Positions 14,281 to 27,339 of a stretch of 64,000 nucleotides of DNA are shown here, piece by piece. The translations under genes were made by a program, and so were the position numbers. The notes under the pieces were generated by a model that was not told the DNA's origin, ran no database searches, and saw only the letters and a list, made by a program, of their open reading frames with translations. This stretch comes from Ylistrum balloti (taxonomy: Eukaryota), in assembly GCF_031769215.1 (NCBI RefSeq), contig NW_026782349.1, positions 367,634 through 431,633 of the forward strand. The letters run 5' to 3'. The first letter of the stretch is position 1; every line of letters begins with the position of its first letter.

Positions 14281-14660
14281 TTAAGGTCAATGTTCAAGTT
14301 TTTCAAGTGTATGTCAAAGGCCACGGTCAAGATCACGTGGTCAAACATTCTAGTGCCACCAGAACGGACTTGTCACAAGGAATAAATATCCAAATATGAA
14401 AACCAAACCTCATATGATGCAATAGTTATAGCCAATGTTATTTTCTTTCAAATGTAGGTCAAAGGTCATCGTCAATGACACATGGTTAAACATTTTGGTA
14501 CCACCGGCAAGGTCTTGTCACAAGGAACACACATGCCAAGTATGAAAGCACTATCTCTTACAGTACAATAGCTAAAATTGACAACAAACAAAACAGACAG
14601 ACAAACAAACAGACAGCACAAAAACAATTTGACCCCGATCTTTCGATCTGGGAGCATAAA
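14281..14660 (+). mobile_element. Dispersed repeat family, copy 1. It has two internal subunits of about 170 bp rich in AGGTCA half-sites, a (GACA)n-like tract, and a cccgatctttcgatc tail.
   Basis: It shares about 75-80% identity, after reverse complementation, with 57790-58075. It contains a perfect AGGTCAAAGGTCA at 14456-14468, TGTCAAAGGCCA at 14312-14323 and a CACGTG E-box at about 14335. Confidence 0.75.
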
Positions 14661-15214
14661 GAATAGTCAGTCACATAAATATCCAGTTGGCCTCTCACTG
14701 CATGTTTATGAAATTCGACATCATCTTCTGCATTGTTTATTTTGCGCATTACAAACTGTACATGGAAGACCTATCCGTTAAGTCTCCTTCTCAACGTTTT
14801 TAACATTCAAATTTGAACATATTACGACCAGATAGTTGTGCAATGCAATCTATTTGGCTGAAAATTCAGTTCTTTTGTCATAGTATATTCCCTTCTATTA
14901 GAGCATTTTCTTCGGGTTGTCAACAGAATAAAAGTTCTTATAATACAACAAGTAGAAGATTTGAGCGTACGAGATGATAAAGAATCGGCTCTATTATAAT
15001 CCTATGTACACCATTTCCCGTTTATTTCCATACCTACCCTAATGATCCTGACGTTCTATCAATGTTGGCGAGAGAAGGCGATAGAACATAGAATAATTCG
15101 GACGAGTTGTCCATCGACAATAGACCGTTAAGTCTAGAACGTCCGACTAAACCGTTCCCTCGTAACACTTGTATTGATTTGTGCTGTTGAACATGTAGAA
15201 ATTAGAAATTCGCG

Positions 15215-15330
15215 GACACCATCCCCTACTTCTTTGTTTCACCCCTCCTATGTCTTCATTGTTTCATCTCTCCCTTGCTTCACTGTTTCATACCCCAACC
15301 ATTCCCCTCCATATTGTTTATTTTCAACCC
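15215..15330. repeat. Short degenerate CT-rich tandem repeat of about 25 bp (…ccct…tgtttcat)
   Basis: Four or five decayed copies ending in tgtttca[t] are visible. Confidence 0.35.
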
Positions 15331-17099
15331 TTCCCCGCCTAATTGCTTGAAAATATGTTGTCCCTTTCATTGTAAATTAGTATGGACAATATGAAAAATA
15401 AAACGGACATTTTCGAAATCCAAACAGTTTGGCCTATAATCTGTCCGAAAATATCGCTGGAGTCATTCAACTATAATGGTAAACATTTTATACACTCGTC
15501 TGAGTTACGGTAGAAAATAGATAATTTACGTACTGTTGTCAGTCTCAAAATGCATCGCTATTAACTTGTACTGTTGCAACTGTTATTTGCCTTCGTGTTA
15601 CATTGTAACAACTTAAAACCACAATTGCCCTGGAGGGCATACAACAGGCCCCCTGTATGTTGTTCAGTGAAGTAACAACCAGCTGCTAAAAGGAGACTTC
15701 GCCTTGCAATGATCCTGGCAGATGACGGAGCAATAAACACAGAAAAGTATAACAACAAACTTGCAAGTAAGACTGAATTTGTGTCACCTGTTATCATAGT
15801 CATATCTTGGTAATTAAATGTTATCATTTATATCACTTCACAACAAAACTCGACTGTCTTTTTTTTATAAAGCTTTCAGACTAATTGAGTCCGTAATACA
15901 TTCCTATGAATAAATGAATAAAAATAAAGAATGTGTCTCTCGGCAATAAATGCAAATCAAATGTAAATCAAAATAAAACAAAATGTAAAACAAATCTAAA
16001 TAGAGTACGTAACCCGAACATACAGCTGTCACTATGACGTCAGCAACGGGATTACAATTCAAAGAACTACTAAAATGAATAATGAAGTGTGTTACGGTGA
16101 TAACACTATACGTACATCCTAGTAGTCAGGCCACCTTAAAAATAAACTACAACGTGTTATAATCCACGTGATCATCACATATACAGGTCTTTAGATATCA
16201 GAGAAGAAATGCATGTAAATGCATCACAAGCCAGCGTAAAATGCAAGAAAAAATATCTAAATTTTCATATGCTCCCATCGTGATTTTAAGAATATGTCCT
16301 TGTCACAAATACACATGAATCATATAATCCATTCTTTATGTCATTATCGGGGATTTATCAATCAATCTCGTGTTGTAATTCTATGTGATGGGATCCGTAG
16401 AAAATACATAAAATTCGTGACAAAACATCAAAAGATATTCCATCATGTTATACTATGCATGTGCTGTTAAAACATGGCCACTTTTGCATGACCCTGCATA
16501 GTCCCGGGGGAGAAACATATGATTTTCGAACAAATCCTAGAATCATTTATACCAACATTATAGACATTCATAAACGTGTCTTTCTTTAAAGAATTTTACT
16601 TTTCCACCTTGTTCACCATATTTCACTGAAATGTGATATAAAACAATGCATCAAGTGTCACGATTGGTTTTAGACTTCTGTTGTGTTTACGTCCTATCAA
16701 CAGAGTTCTCCCGATGTATGCAAGGTGTTCGGGAAGCTGTAATATTTTTGTGTGTAAGTCTCCATAGTGTTATCACACTGAAGTATACCAGAAAGTCGCT
16801 CAGCTTGACACTACACCTGGTCAGTGTACTGGTGACTGGCAAATCAGTCGTTACATCACTATATTCTGAGTGATATGCAGTGGGTACTAACTGGTTTAGA
16901 AAGAAGAGAGCACGTAAGGGAGACAACAGGTATATAATTATTATGCCCTACCTGCAGTTCCACGAATGCTACGTAAATGACCACTGTACATTTGCTAATG
17001 GAAAAAGCCGTACCTAGAAGTCCGATATCCTTTGAATTCCGCGTCTGCTTCGTCATCCTAGATCGTAACCATTAGCTACATTCTGAGCTTCAACTGAAT

Positions 17100-17900
17100 G
17101 GTTGAATTCCAGGTCAAAAAATGTTTCGAGTTTGGTGGCAAGCTCCTCTAACGGATGACTGGTGTATAATTTTCTCCCGTCTATGTCTTTGTGGGATACA
17201 TGTATTCCTTGCGGGATAATTCTATTCTGATATACCATCAGGTGGAAGAATTCATATCCCTTGTACCTACATAGAGTTGATATCTACCCTTGTTTTACCT
17301 GCTAAAATTGTTCTTCCTTCTTCCTTACTATGCTGATTCTATCGAACAGCTTGTCAACATATACCATTATCATTTCATTTTCCCTATTGTGTACATCTTG
17401 GTGTTATATTATGGACTTTACAAAGGCATTTGATAAGGTTCCTCGTTGTCATTTCATACACAAACTTCGCAAATTTGAAAACTTTTTTAAGCAATAGATA
17501 CAAAAAAGTATTATAAATGGCTCATATAAAAAAATATCAGTGGCATTCCACAAGGAAGTGTGCTAGGGAAAATTATATTAGTCATTTATATTAACGATAT
17601 GACAGGGAATAAAACATCGCCTTGTCCCCTGATGACATGGAATAAAACCGTTGAATCGGAAAGCATTATGACAAAGACATTTTGTAAATGGAATTTGGAT
17701 CAACGGCGGAAACGGTTGAATATCTTATCAAAATTTCACCCCAATAAATGTATCGCACTTCATATAATGAAATTATGACAAAATGAAATAAAATACCAAT
17801 TAAAAGGATATAGTGGTGAAACGAAATTTGTTAAAAAGTTTTAAAACTCAAAAAGGCCTGACCGTTGTTGATTAATGATAAATTTAACTTCCAAACTTAT
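17100..17900 (+). mobile_element. Decayed non-LTR (LINE) retrotransposon reverse-transcriptase fragment
   Basis: Conceptual translation gives the RT motifs LLSNS…MDFTKAFDKVPR.HFIHKLRKF, GIPQGSVLGKIILVIYINDMTG, and a frameshifted …LQ.DLD.L..W…KFNPNKCIALHIM followed by K.LGV.IDDKLNF. Several frameshifts and stops show it is a fossil copy. Confidence 0.7.
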
Positions 17901-18064
17901 ATTCATTTTTTTGGAATACGCAGTATGCACGTGAAACCTCTACAAATGTGCGGTTAAAAACAACCAAATTAATCCCAGGTTTTACTGAAATTTCATGTAA
18001 TGAGCGACTACAACAAGTACAGTTAACTGTTTATAACAAGAAACAGTTCTCATTTCAGAACGTG

Positions 18065-18240
18065 ACATTACTTACTTGGATTGACCAAGTAACATTGCGG
18101 GTGTCGTTGATGAAGTAGAAGACGCTTACTCTTCCGGAACAAATGGTCTTATTCTACTTGTGCTTTTTCAGGAGTCTCCCTGTAAATATTTCTTTTGTTC
18201 ATGTTTTGTGGAATTTGAGTTTTAATTATGATTATGTTGC
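18065..18240 (-). repeat. Dispersed repeat copy that serves as the uninterrupted (empty-site) paralog of the repeat at 49575-49990
   Basis: The reverse complement of 18065-18240 aligns with 49600-49668 joined to 49931-49975 across a junction …gaataagaccat|ttgttccggaagagta…. It lacks the roughly 260 bp present at 49669-49930. Confidence 0.75.
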
Positions 18241-19117
18241 TATCTTGGTATTTTCTTAATGTTTTTTTTTTTAATGAAAGAGTCACCACGAATCTGCTTT
18301 TAGTAATGATTGTACAAAAGCAGTTGTAACACGTGCGAAACTCTTCGTTATATTTTACATTCATTTATGTATCTATGAAAAGAGTTGTTGATATAAGGGA
18401 TAGTCTGACTGTTCAAGTCGTAAGTAATATGTCATCGTTCTATACTGTAGAGATAAGCGCTTACTTTTTTCATTTACATATATTCATCTTTCATCTTCAT
18501 GACACATTTCAGTGTCATTTATTTTTTTCCTCGTGACTATTGCCTGTTTTTAGATTAATAGATAAATAGTCTTAAATATAGTTACAATACACTATACTGT
18601 ACGAAGGATATTACTCAAGCAGACGACATAAGGTCTAGTACAAGTGTGTACAACTACGACATTACTGTGGACTTTTAAATACACATCTTCCTTAATCTCA
18701 TACGGATATTGGTTGTATTTGAATATGTTAGATACCATCAAACTTTCGTTTGGTAAACATACTTATCCTTTCCATCGTGTCCCTCAATGCCTGTCATATT
18801 AGAAAATATGTAGCCTACGTCTCAATGTGAACTTTTACCTTTGACCTCATCTGGAGGCCACACCTTTTGACGTCATCAAAATATGTGCTGTGAAAACGCT
18901 CCAGTTGTGAAACAAACCTTGTCGCAGTCGATCTGGGAAGATGTTCATGAACCAGTGGAGTTATATCTCGAAATATTGTGGACTTGTATGTGAGGAGAGT
19001 AGGACTGTGTTTGACTGGTTTTTATAACACACAACTATATTATTTAATACCCGTCTATAGATATATTTCCATTCAACAACTGCTGACGTTCTTGGTCAGC
19101 TGGTCTGAAACTGTTGC

Positions 19118-19307
19118 ATGAATATGGATGCGACTGTGCCGGAAAAAGAAACTACAAATGAAAAACGAAATTGTAAAGTATTAATTATAGGTGCCGGTAT
19201 AGCAGGAATAGCTGCCGGGAACCATCTTATAGAGTCCGGGTTCAAAGACTTCAAAATAATTGAAGCCTCTGATCGAACTGGAGGGCGAATTTGGACCATA
19301 GACGTCG
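19118..19307 (+). CDS. Polyamine oxidase exon 1 (start codon plus FAD-binding Rossmann motif). Phase-1 donor G|gtaagt at 19308.
   Basis: It translates to [63 protein letters not shown](G). GAGIAG is the GxGxxG motif, and [10 protein letters not shown] is typical of flavin amine oxidases. Confidence 0.8.
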
Positions 19308-21221
19308 GTAAGTTTGATGACCTACTGAGCTTTCTATCAGCTGTCATGTTATCTCTGCGTGATTGGGCGCTTCAGATAGGTTTCAGATATATATAAAGCA
19401 GTTATAAAACTGAAAATGTTTATTAAAGTGTGTACGATAGCAGATTGTATTCATAATGTTGATCGTATGGCGTGTTTGCTTTGTGTGTGTTGTTCTTTGT
19501 CAGCGACTATGACGTTTAAATTTTGTGAATGACTGCCCCCGGTGTGAAGGTCACGCAAGGACGCAGACGTATACGTAGTACACTCTTACGTGACGAATAA
19601 GGGGCACCCAATGGCGGGTCAATATAATATACATTGAGAATCGTTTCTTTCCCTGATATAAATCTTCACGAAAAGCATTGTGTTTGTGACTAAACAAAGA
19701 CATGTACTACTGCCCGTCATTGGTTATCATTTTGATGTCGTTTACTTATGATAACTCGACTTTGTGTTCATGTGCACGTGTGGCATGTTTGAAAATGAAA
19801 GTAGATAGTACAGCTTACAATTTGTATAATTCATGTCCTGGTACAGTCAGTTCGAGTTTTAACATTCAGTCCTAGGTCGCATGGTTTAAAAAGTTTGAAA
19901 CTCTCAAATATGGAGAAAAAATATACAATTTATATTTTTTAACATATTGAGGATTTACAATTTGATATTCGAAACATTCCACTTGCCCCACATAAGTTGA
20001 AGAGATAGATTAAATGAACTGATCTCTGTCTGTCCTCAAGTTAGTTATTTAATCATACATTAAACAATTCCCGTATAATACATATTTATGGCCTGTCACA
20101 GGTTAAGGTAGAAAATATGGATGTACTTTGAATGTTATACCAAAACACATTTTTACTGGAGTAAACATGTGAAGAAAACCCTAAATCTACACTTTTTTGT
20201 ACTTTTCCATGTTCTATTATTAGAAATCAGTTGAGCTTGCTTCATCCCAACAAACCCTCTGTTCATCAAATCTTCAGAAATATATGATTATCTGTTACAT
20301 TTTCATAGTATTTTGATGCAATATGATAAATTTGTGAGAGTTTATTTATTGTATACCATGTGACAAATTGAAGTTTATGCTTTAACTGAGAAAATAACTT
20401 TTCTCCAAACTTTTGTTGATTATTCTCCAAATTTCATTTGATGCAAATTCTGATTAACAATATAGTTGAGAATTTATAGAGTCTGTATGCTTGGACTGTT
20501 TCTTCTATTCCAAGGTTAAGAGAGATGACTTGGACACTGCAACATATTGTGAGGGCTTAAAGCAGTTGCTAGAAAGAAGTAGACTGATTTTGGAAAAAAA
20601 CATAAGATTTTTAACCACAAATTTCACGTTAGATCAGTGACTGGCCCAAAGCTCATGGCTGTGTATTGTATATGTATACACAAAGTAATGTTTACCTACA
20701 AGTTGGTAATACAGTATTGGAAGAAGAACTAATGTTGTCACTTTGGTGTAGGTGTTGTGTTTTTATTAAGATTTTCGTGCAAGTAATGGAAGACATCAGA
20801 ACTTATCACTTTATAATTATAGCAGGATATATGTACTGATGTTTCAAGTCATGGTTCCTGTGGTATTCACTGTATGTAGTTAAACCAGACGTGGACTAAA
20901 AGAATTTGGGGAGAAACCCAGCTTTTTAACATGTTTTGAATTAAAATTTTGTTGAATAAAATGTTTATAGTTTGCTGCAAGTGTTGAAAGACATTAGTAT
21001 ATCACTTTGATACTGATATTTGGAATCAGGGCTTCTGTCAAATTCAACTTTCACTTCGCCAAGTCTGACCAAAGAAATTTAAAAGGAAAACTCTGAACTT
21101 TGTGGCAAAAAAGAAAGTTAAGATTTTGATTTTGATTAAGATTTTGATGCAAGTAGTGAAAGACCAGGTGCATCAGAATTGTTTATATCAAAGCAAGAGC
21201 AGCTGCAGAATAGAATAGCTG

Positions 21222-21405
21222 AACTCAAAAGTGTTTGTCAATAACATTTGCTTATTATCTATTTAAATCCCTACCAATAGATATATACGTACTATGGAAC
21301 TGTAGTACATACAAACATCATTTGCAATCTATTACAGTTCCATTGTATGTATATATCTATAGGAGGGAATTAAGTAGATAATAAGCAAATGTTGTTGTCA
21401 AATAT
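21222..21405. mobile_element. Near-perfect palindrome / foldback (MITE-like) element of about 185 bp in intron 1
   Basis: The arms ttgtcaataacatttgcttattatctatttaaatccctaccaatagatatata and tatatatctataggagggaattaagtagataataagcaaatgttgttgtcaa are reverse complements. A nested inner inverted repeat atggaactgta…tacagttccat is also present. Confidence 0.6.
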
Positions 21406-23801
21406 TTTGTGAGGTGAGCTATGCTGTTCCTAAGCTGCTTTTATTTTGATATAAAAAATCTGATGTGGCTCATACATGTATTTGAACAAAACAGTGATAT
21501 ACTGCAAGTTTAGATCTTTTTAGCACAATTACTAATTTCAAAGCTATGTGGCATAGTCATTGCCATGAGAACATCTAATTAATTGTTGAAGAAATCTTGA
21601 GATACAAATCAATACTACTGAACTGAGCTACAAGTTTCAGACACAGCTATACATGTTGCCCGAGTTGGTCATGCACAGGTAACTTGATTGGCCCGAATCG
21701 ATAAAGTGAACCAAAGTCATAAGATTCTGGATAGGTATGAGACTCAATTTCAATTTTGGTGTATTTTGTCTTTTTAACATTGGAAAATAGTATGTTTAAG
21801 TGAAACTGTGTCGCATATGCCATCATCAATTAAGTTGGAAGCCACGATTACTTAACAGTATGCTTACAATCTTGAATGGGCCCAACATTAGCAATGAAAA
21901 TAAACTAAATTACAAACACTGAAATACATACACATAGACATACATTTGTGTTTGAAGTTCAGATGTTATAATCCAGTGTTTTGGTTGTGCTTTGACAGGC
22001 ACTAGTCGATGTGTATTCTACCTGTAGATGTAGAGATTTGGTCACAGACTAAGGATACGTTCATTAGGCTTGTTAGCCAAGGTTCTCTCTCACCCATCAA
22101 CTGTTGATCAGCATTCCACATACATAACAAGTCTTTTCCCCATCTCTTACCAAATATTTTGGTTAGTCATAACATCTACAGAGCAAACCAAAGGTAATTG
22201 ATATGTTTAAATATAAAAAAAATTCAGTAAACATAAACTGAAGCCATACAAATATAAGGGTAGCAGAAAGCATGTTCAGGGTACCCGGAAGCACCTTCAT
22301 TGTGAGTTTTTAATACATCTACAAGATGTATACATGTTCTGATGTGCAGAAAGTGGTTTTGTTAAGCGTTGCCACTTTCAGGATCCCTTTGAGATGTCAT
22401 TTTTGATTCCACACCAGCTATCATTAGCTTGTTATATCATTACAACTGCAATGATACACCTAAGCTGTAATACAATACATATCATAGTATGATGTGTACA
22501 ATTCAATACACATGATACAAGCATGTGAGTAAATGTTCAACTTTATAATGCTTGAGTGCATAGTGTCATTTAGTAAAGTTATATACTTCAATAGTAAACT
22601 ATACTCATAATATCTTTTTGTATAATTTCTGATACTTTCTGGGTATACTTGGGCAGTTGACCTTATCTTTGCTGAAGGATTGAAAATATTGCCCCAGTTA
22701 TTTTTAAAGTTTGATAAAAATTAACTGAATAAAGAACTTGTAGAATATTGCAATACAGGTAAACAAAACGCATTGATTTGATATACAAGAAAGTATCATG
22801 ATAGGATACAACACAGTATATCATTTCAGCCCTAGAAATCATGGTAGTAAAGGTCAATGATTGAGTGCACATTTGTTAGATGAAGAGATCTGAAGTGTGG
22901 ACAAGATTCATCCACATGGGCTGAGTGTTCCATACATATGGAACAAACAGTATACATGTGTCTTACCTGAACTAGGACAAATGGTTCTTACTTGTATATA
23001 CAGAGATTGGAGAATTAATGTTACTAGTGGTGGGAAAGTGAGTTAACTATCACAATTAATAATTAATGATGATGGCAATAAATTCATATTTCTCTGGGAA
23101 GCTATATAATAATTGATTACAATTTAACATTGACAAAGCTGTTGTGGTGCCACAGTGGTTTTTTTTTTCTATATACTGGCTTCCCATCATCTGAAATAAT
23201 AGCAAATTCAGGTTTTTGTACACTGAAGTGGTGTACTGAATTATCTTCTTTGTGCTCCCACAATAAAATGGATGGTTAGGGAATGGAAGGCAGGGCACAT
23301 AGTGTCCCATGTGTGTCCTGTCCCATCCCAATTCAGTGTTATAAGCACTTAGTAACTTCATTCTTTGACCGATTTTGGTCAAAATTTGTACATTTGAGAT
23401 GGATTATGAGTATACTTTCGACATTGCTGTGTTTCAAGGTCCAAAGGTCAAGGCGAAGGTCAGCTTTGCTATGTATAGACCTTGTATTAGTGCATGTTTC
23501 ATCGCATCAAGATCAAAGTGGTTGTATAATTATATAGAACACTGAGACTAATTTTTGCTTAGTGACGGGAGCATTTATGTCTTGCAGATATTTACTAGTA
23601 TTTTATGACAGTTGATTCTTTTTTGCTTTCAATCAACTGATCAATCATGAATCAGGGACTGGCAAAAACTTTCAAAACCACTTGTCAGTCAGACTGTTGA
23701 CCTGGTCAAAAATAGTCTTCCAAACAATGAATTCGCTAGTCTAGAAAATTTACGTCAGAAAGTTTCAAAACTGTGTGTAAAGCGTTCACACATTGTGTAT
23801 T

Positions 23802-24008
23802 AGGTAAGAGTTCCTTTTGAACCCCCCAACCAAACTGGCTACCAATGGGTTATTATACCTGGTAAATATAATACAAGTGTCTGAAAGGGTTAATTTTAAG
23901 ACCAAGCCCCAAGTTTTCTTGGTACCCCTTAAAATAAACCCTTTTAGATACTTATTATAGCCTACTAGTAGTCATTTTGGGTGGGGGGTTCAAAAGGAAC
24001 TCTTTACG
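23802..24008. mobile_element. MITE-like element of about 205 bp with terminal inverted repeats of about 30 bp, about 380 bp upstream of the exon 2 acceptor
   Basis: The left end is taggtaagagttccttttgaaccccccaacc and the right end is ggtggggggttcaaaaggaactctttacg, its reverse complement. A possible gtgtat direct repeat flanks both ends. Confidence 0.65.
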
Positions 24009-24387
24009 TGTATCATGCTTTAATTCAGTCAAGATCATATGTTGGGCAATTGTTGAATGTTTTGCTAAACGTTTTACCAACAGTAAGTACTCAACTAGAC
24101 ATAATTCAAATCTTGTGCAATGATCAGGCTAGTGTAAACTTGGCTGACTAGGCAATATTTCATGGCTAATCTAATTAATGGTTAATTCTAAGAACTTGCA
24201 TATAGAAAAAATTGTAAGTCTGAAGGTTAATGTCTTTGTTATTTCTTTGGTTGATCAATGGTAATTTGATGAGTTTTGAAGGAACAATAACAGATGTACA
24301 GCAACACTATTTTTACAGTCCAATATAAAATTTATTTTCAATATATGTTGTGTTTTGCTTTTAAGTATGACAACTGGTGTGTTGTAG

Positions 24388-25296
24388 ATGACGACCATAA
24401 CAAAGTGGAGTTAGGTGCCAACTGGATCCATGGCATCGAGAGAAATCCCATATTTAAGATAGCTTATGACAACAATCTGTTGGAACTGCGGCATGGTGAC
24501 AAAGGTCTACGTCACAAGAACATGTTTCTTACTGAGGATGGGGAGGAAATCAATGAGCGGACTGTGAACCAAATCAACCTCATGTATGGGCAACTTATTA
24601 TCCAGGCCGAGGATTATTATCAGAGCAACATTCCCACTCCAGAGGAAAATGACAGTGTTGGTGCATTCTTAGAACGGGAATTTTCAGCAATGATTGAAAG
24701 GTATTCCAATGGAGACCGTCATATACGGGAAATTTTATTTGACCAAAGGAAACTGCTGGAGTGCTGTATATCTGGTTGTGACACGCTACACGAGGTGTCA
24801 CTGAGTGAGTTTGGGGGTTACCAAGAACTGCCAGGAGTTCACTACTCCATTCCCAATGGCTTCAGATCAGTGTTAAACATTCTCAAGAAAAACATCCCCA
24901 CAGAAAACATACTGCTCAACACCCCAGTCAAATGTGTGCACTGGAATCGCAAGCATTCCGATGACAACCAGTATGAGGTCAAAGTTGAATGCGAGAATGG
25001 AGAGGTGTTCTATGCAAATCATGTGATAGTGACTGTCTCACTGGGTGTTTTGAAAGCAGCCTGTGATCGCATGTTTGACCCACCGCTGCCACCAGACAAG
25101 CTGCAGTCCATTGACCGTGTGGGATTTGGCATTGTGGACAAGGTGATAGTTCAGTTTGATGAGCCAGTCACACCTCCAGAATTATTTCATGTTGAAATGT
25201 TATGGGATAAGACTAAAGTTGAAATTCCAGATCTCAGGCATACCTGGTATCGCAAAATTTACTCCTTAGAGGTTACTGCAGGCAATATTCTTGTTG
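24388..25296 (+). CDS. Polyamine oxidase exon 2 (909 nt, substrate-binding domain). The acceptor is tgtgttgtag|, and the phase-1 donor G|gtaagt is at 25297.
   Basis: It translates to (D)DDHNKVELGANWIHG…VTVSLGVLKAACDRMFDPPLPPDKLQSIDRVGFG…WYRKIYSLEVTAGNILV(G). The ELGA.WIHG and LGVLK…F.PPLP motifs align with human SMOX/PAOX. The join with exon 1 gives [25 protein letters not shown]. Confidence 0.88.
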
Positions 25297-27339
25297 GTAA
25301 GTATAAGTAGCACATTAATACATATGTTGTGTGAATGAACTAAAATGGAATTCTTGTCAGACTGTGTGACATTAGACTGTTACTAAGTTTGTGGTAAGTT
25401 TGGTAACGTAACTTATACGAAAGTTGCAAGATGACATTATTTAACTGGAAATTGACTAATTTTAAAAATATTTTTATTTCCTTTTTCTCTATTGAAGTAA
25501 GAAGAATTCTTCCGATGGCTTAATAGGTTTGCTGAAGAAGGATTACCGAATGAAGTGTACTGACACAAACCATATTCACCATTAAAATTATATGATGAGA
25601 AAATTGATTGAATGATAAAATTCTAACTTGAGTTTCAAGAACACATGTACCTTCATTTCCTACCGTTTGTTTGTCTGCCAAAGCTGCCATTATGGCCACC
25701 ATACACCAACATTGCAACACTTACCAGAGATGTTTCAGGAAATGGATGATTACCAAATCCGTAGAAGCCAGCTAAAATCTAAATAAGTAATAATTGATTC
25801 TGTGTACCTTGGCCTACATGCTGCCATGCATCATCTCGAGCTCGAGATTTTATGCACATGCTGCTTTATCAAATACGTTAATCAGGACATTAAAAAGTCA
25901 AATCCAAAAATAACGACTTTACTGCTTCCAGGTGCTTCATGGTAGCAACTACCACTTGCATCTTAGAGCTAATCTGTACACAATATTCCTTGCAATTCTA
26001 CCACCCACATGATTGAGACATATACAAGTAGCTACCAAAATTGCCTCACATGCACATTTGATCTTTTCAAATTCAATCAGGTCAGTTCCTTAGATACATC
26101 CAGGTGGAGGTTGTACATTTGGGACACCTGCAGATGGCCCTTATAAGTGATACACAGAAATCAGGCCAAGAAACTGGGTTGTGTCAGGCACCTTCATCAT
26201 CATGGCTGCATGTTCTTCATCTGTAGCTACGACTGCTATGACTGTTATTAAACTATTGAAAAGGATGCATGACTTAATTCAATTTTATAGGTGCAAAGCT
26301 ATACAATAATGCACACAAGGTAACTTTATATATGCCAGAAATGTAACCTGCATCTATATAGCATGTCATAAAGACAGCAGAAAACCTTAATATATTCAAG
26401 GAAATGAATATTGTTTTTCAGTCCTGATATGCGAGCCTCCTGTATCGGTCACAAGGATGTGCATGTGGCACAGATTGCCAACTCCCATGATCTGTACAAT
26501 CATTTATATATATCAACCTGTTTCAAGGACAAAAGTCTCACAAGTCAGACAATCTGAACAAATGTGTACTTCAATTATTATATTTTTAACTTATAGGTAG
26601 TTAATCTCAATAAATTATACATTAATGTAAAAGAGGTCTGCAGAGTGTAGGGGTTGGTGATCACAGCAGAGTACATCATTGTGTACATTATTTTATGTCA
26701 TCTTATATTCTATATATACCTTGCTTGAAACTTATTGACATCTACCAAATTTTCCAGGTTTTAAGCCACACAAGTATAGCTACAGGGCAGTTGTTAGCGA
26801 TTTTTTTATTTGATCCAATCTTATTATGATGTGGTGACCACTATTGTTGATGTTTGATATACCGGTAACAGATAACAGAAGGCAGTTCATTGAGATCATG
26901 AGCTTAACATTTAATCAAGTTTACTGATGAATTTCTGCCTAAATAATCCTTTATTTTATGGATTTATTTTCAAATCATGCTCGTCATAAACTCTTTAAGA
27001 TATTGAACTTGCTTTGGGCTTTCAATGATTGCAAATGCACAGGTATGGCCTGACATTACATACAGTATTACAATCTCTTCACCAGTAACTGTATTAATGA
27101 AGGATATTGCATGTTGATAAAGATCCTATAATCCCATAATATTTTTTTATTAAGCTGCATCAAAGCCAGCGACATCGTAAACATGGCTGCTGTTCTAGAA
27201 TTTAACCTCTGCACTCCATGACCTAGCGATGACTTGTTATATAGTGTGGAGACATATGTTTAGAAACATGTCCTTTTCTCTCATGCCCATATATATGCAC
27301 ATGTGCTACCAAAAAGTTTCAGTAATATACACACATGAT

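Noticed and set aside
24294-24387. N-terminal part of the 338-aa ORF (MYSNTIFTVQYKIYFQYMLCFAFKYDNWCVV)
   Set aside because: It lies upstream of the exon 2 acceptor at 24387 and has no homology to polyamine oxidases. It is intronic read-through. Likewise, 19308-19396 downstream of the exon 1 GTAAGT donor is intronic.
25833-25848. Perfect 16-bp palindrome atctcgagctcgagat
   Set aside because: It is too short to infer function. It is a tandem XhoI-site palindrome, most likely chance or a small inverted duplication.
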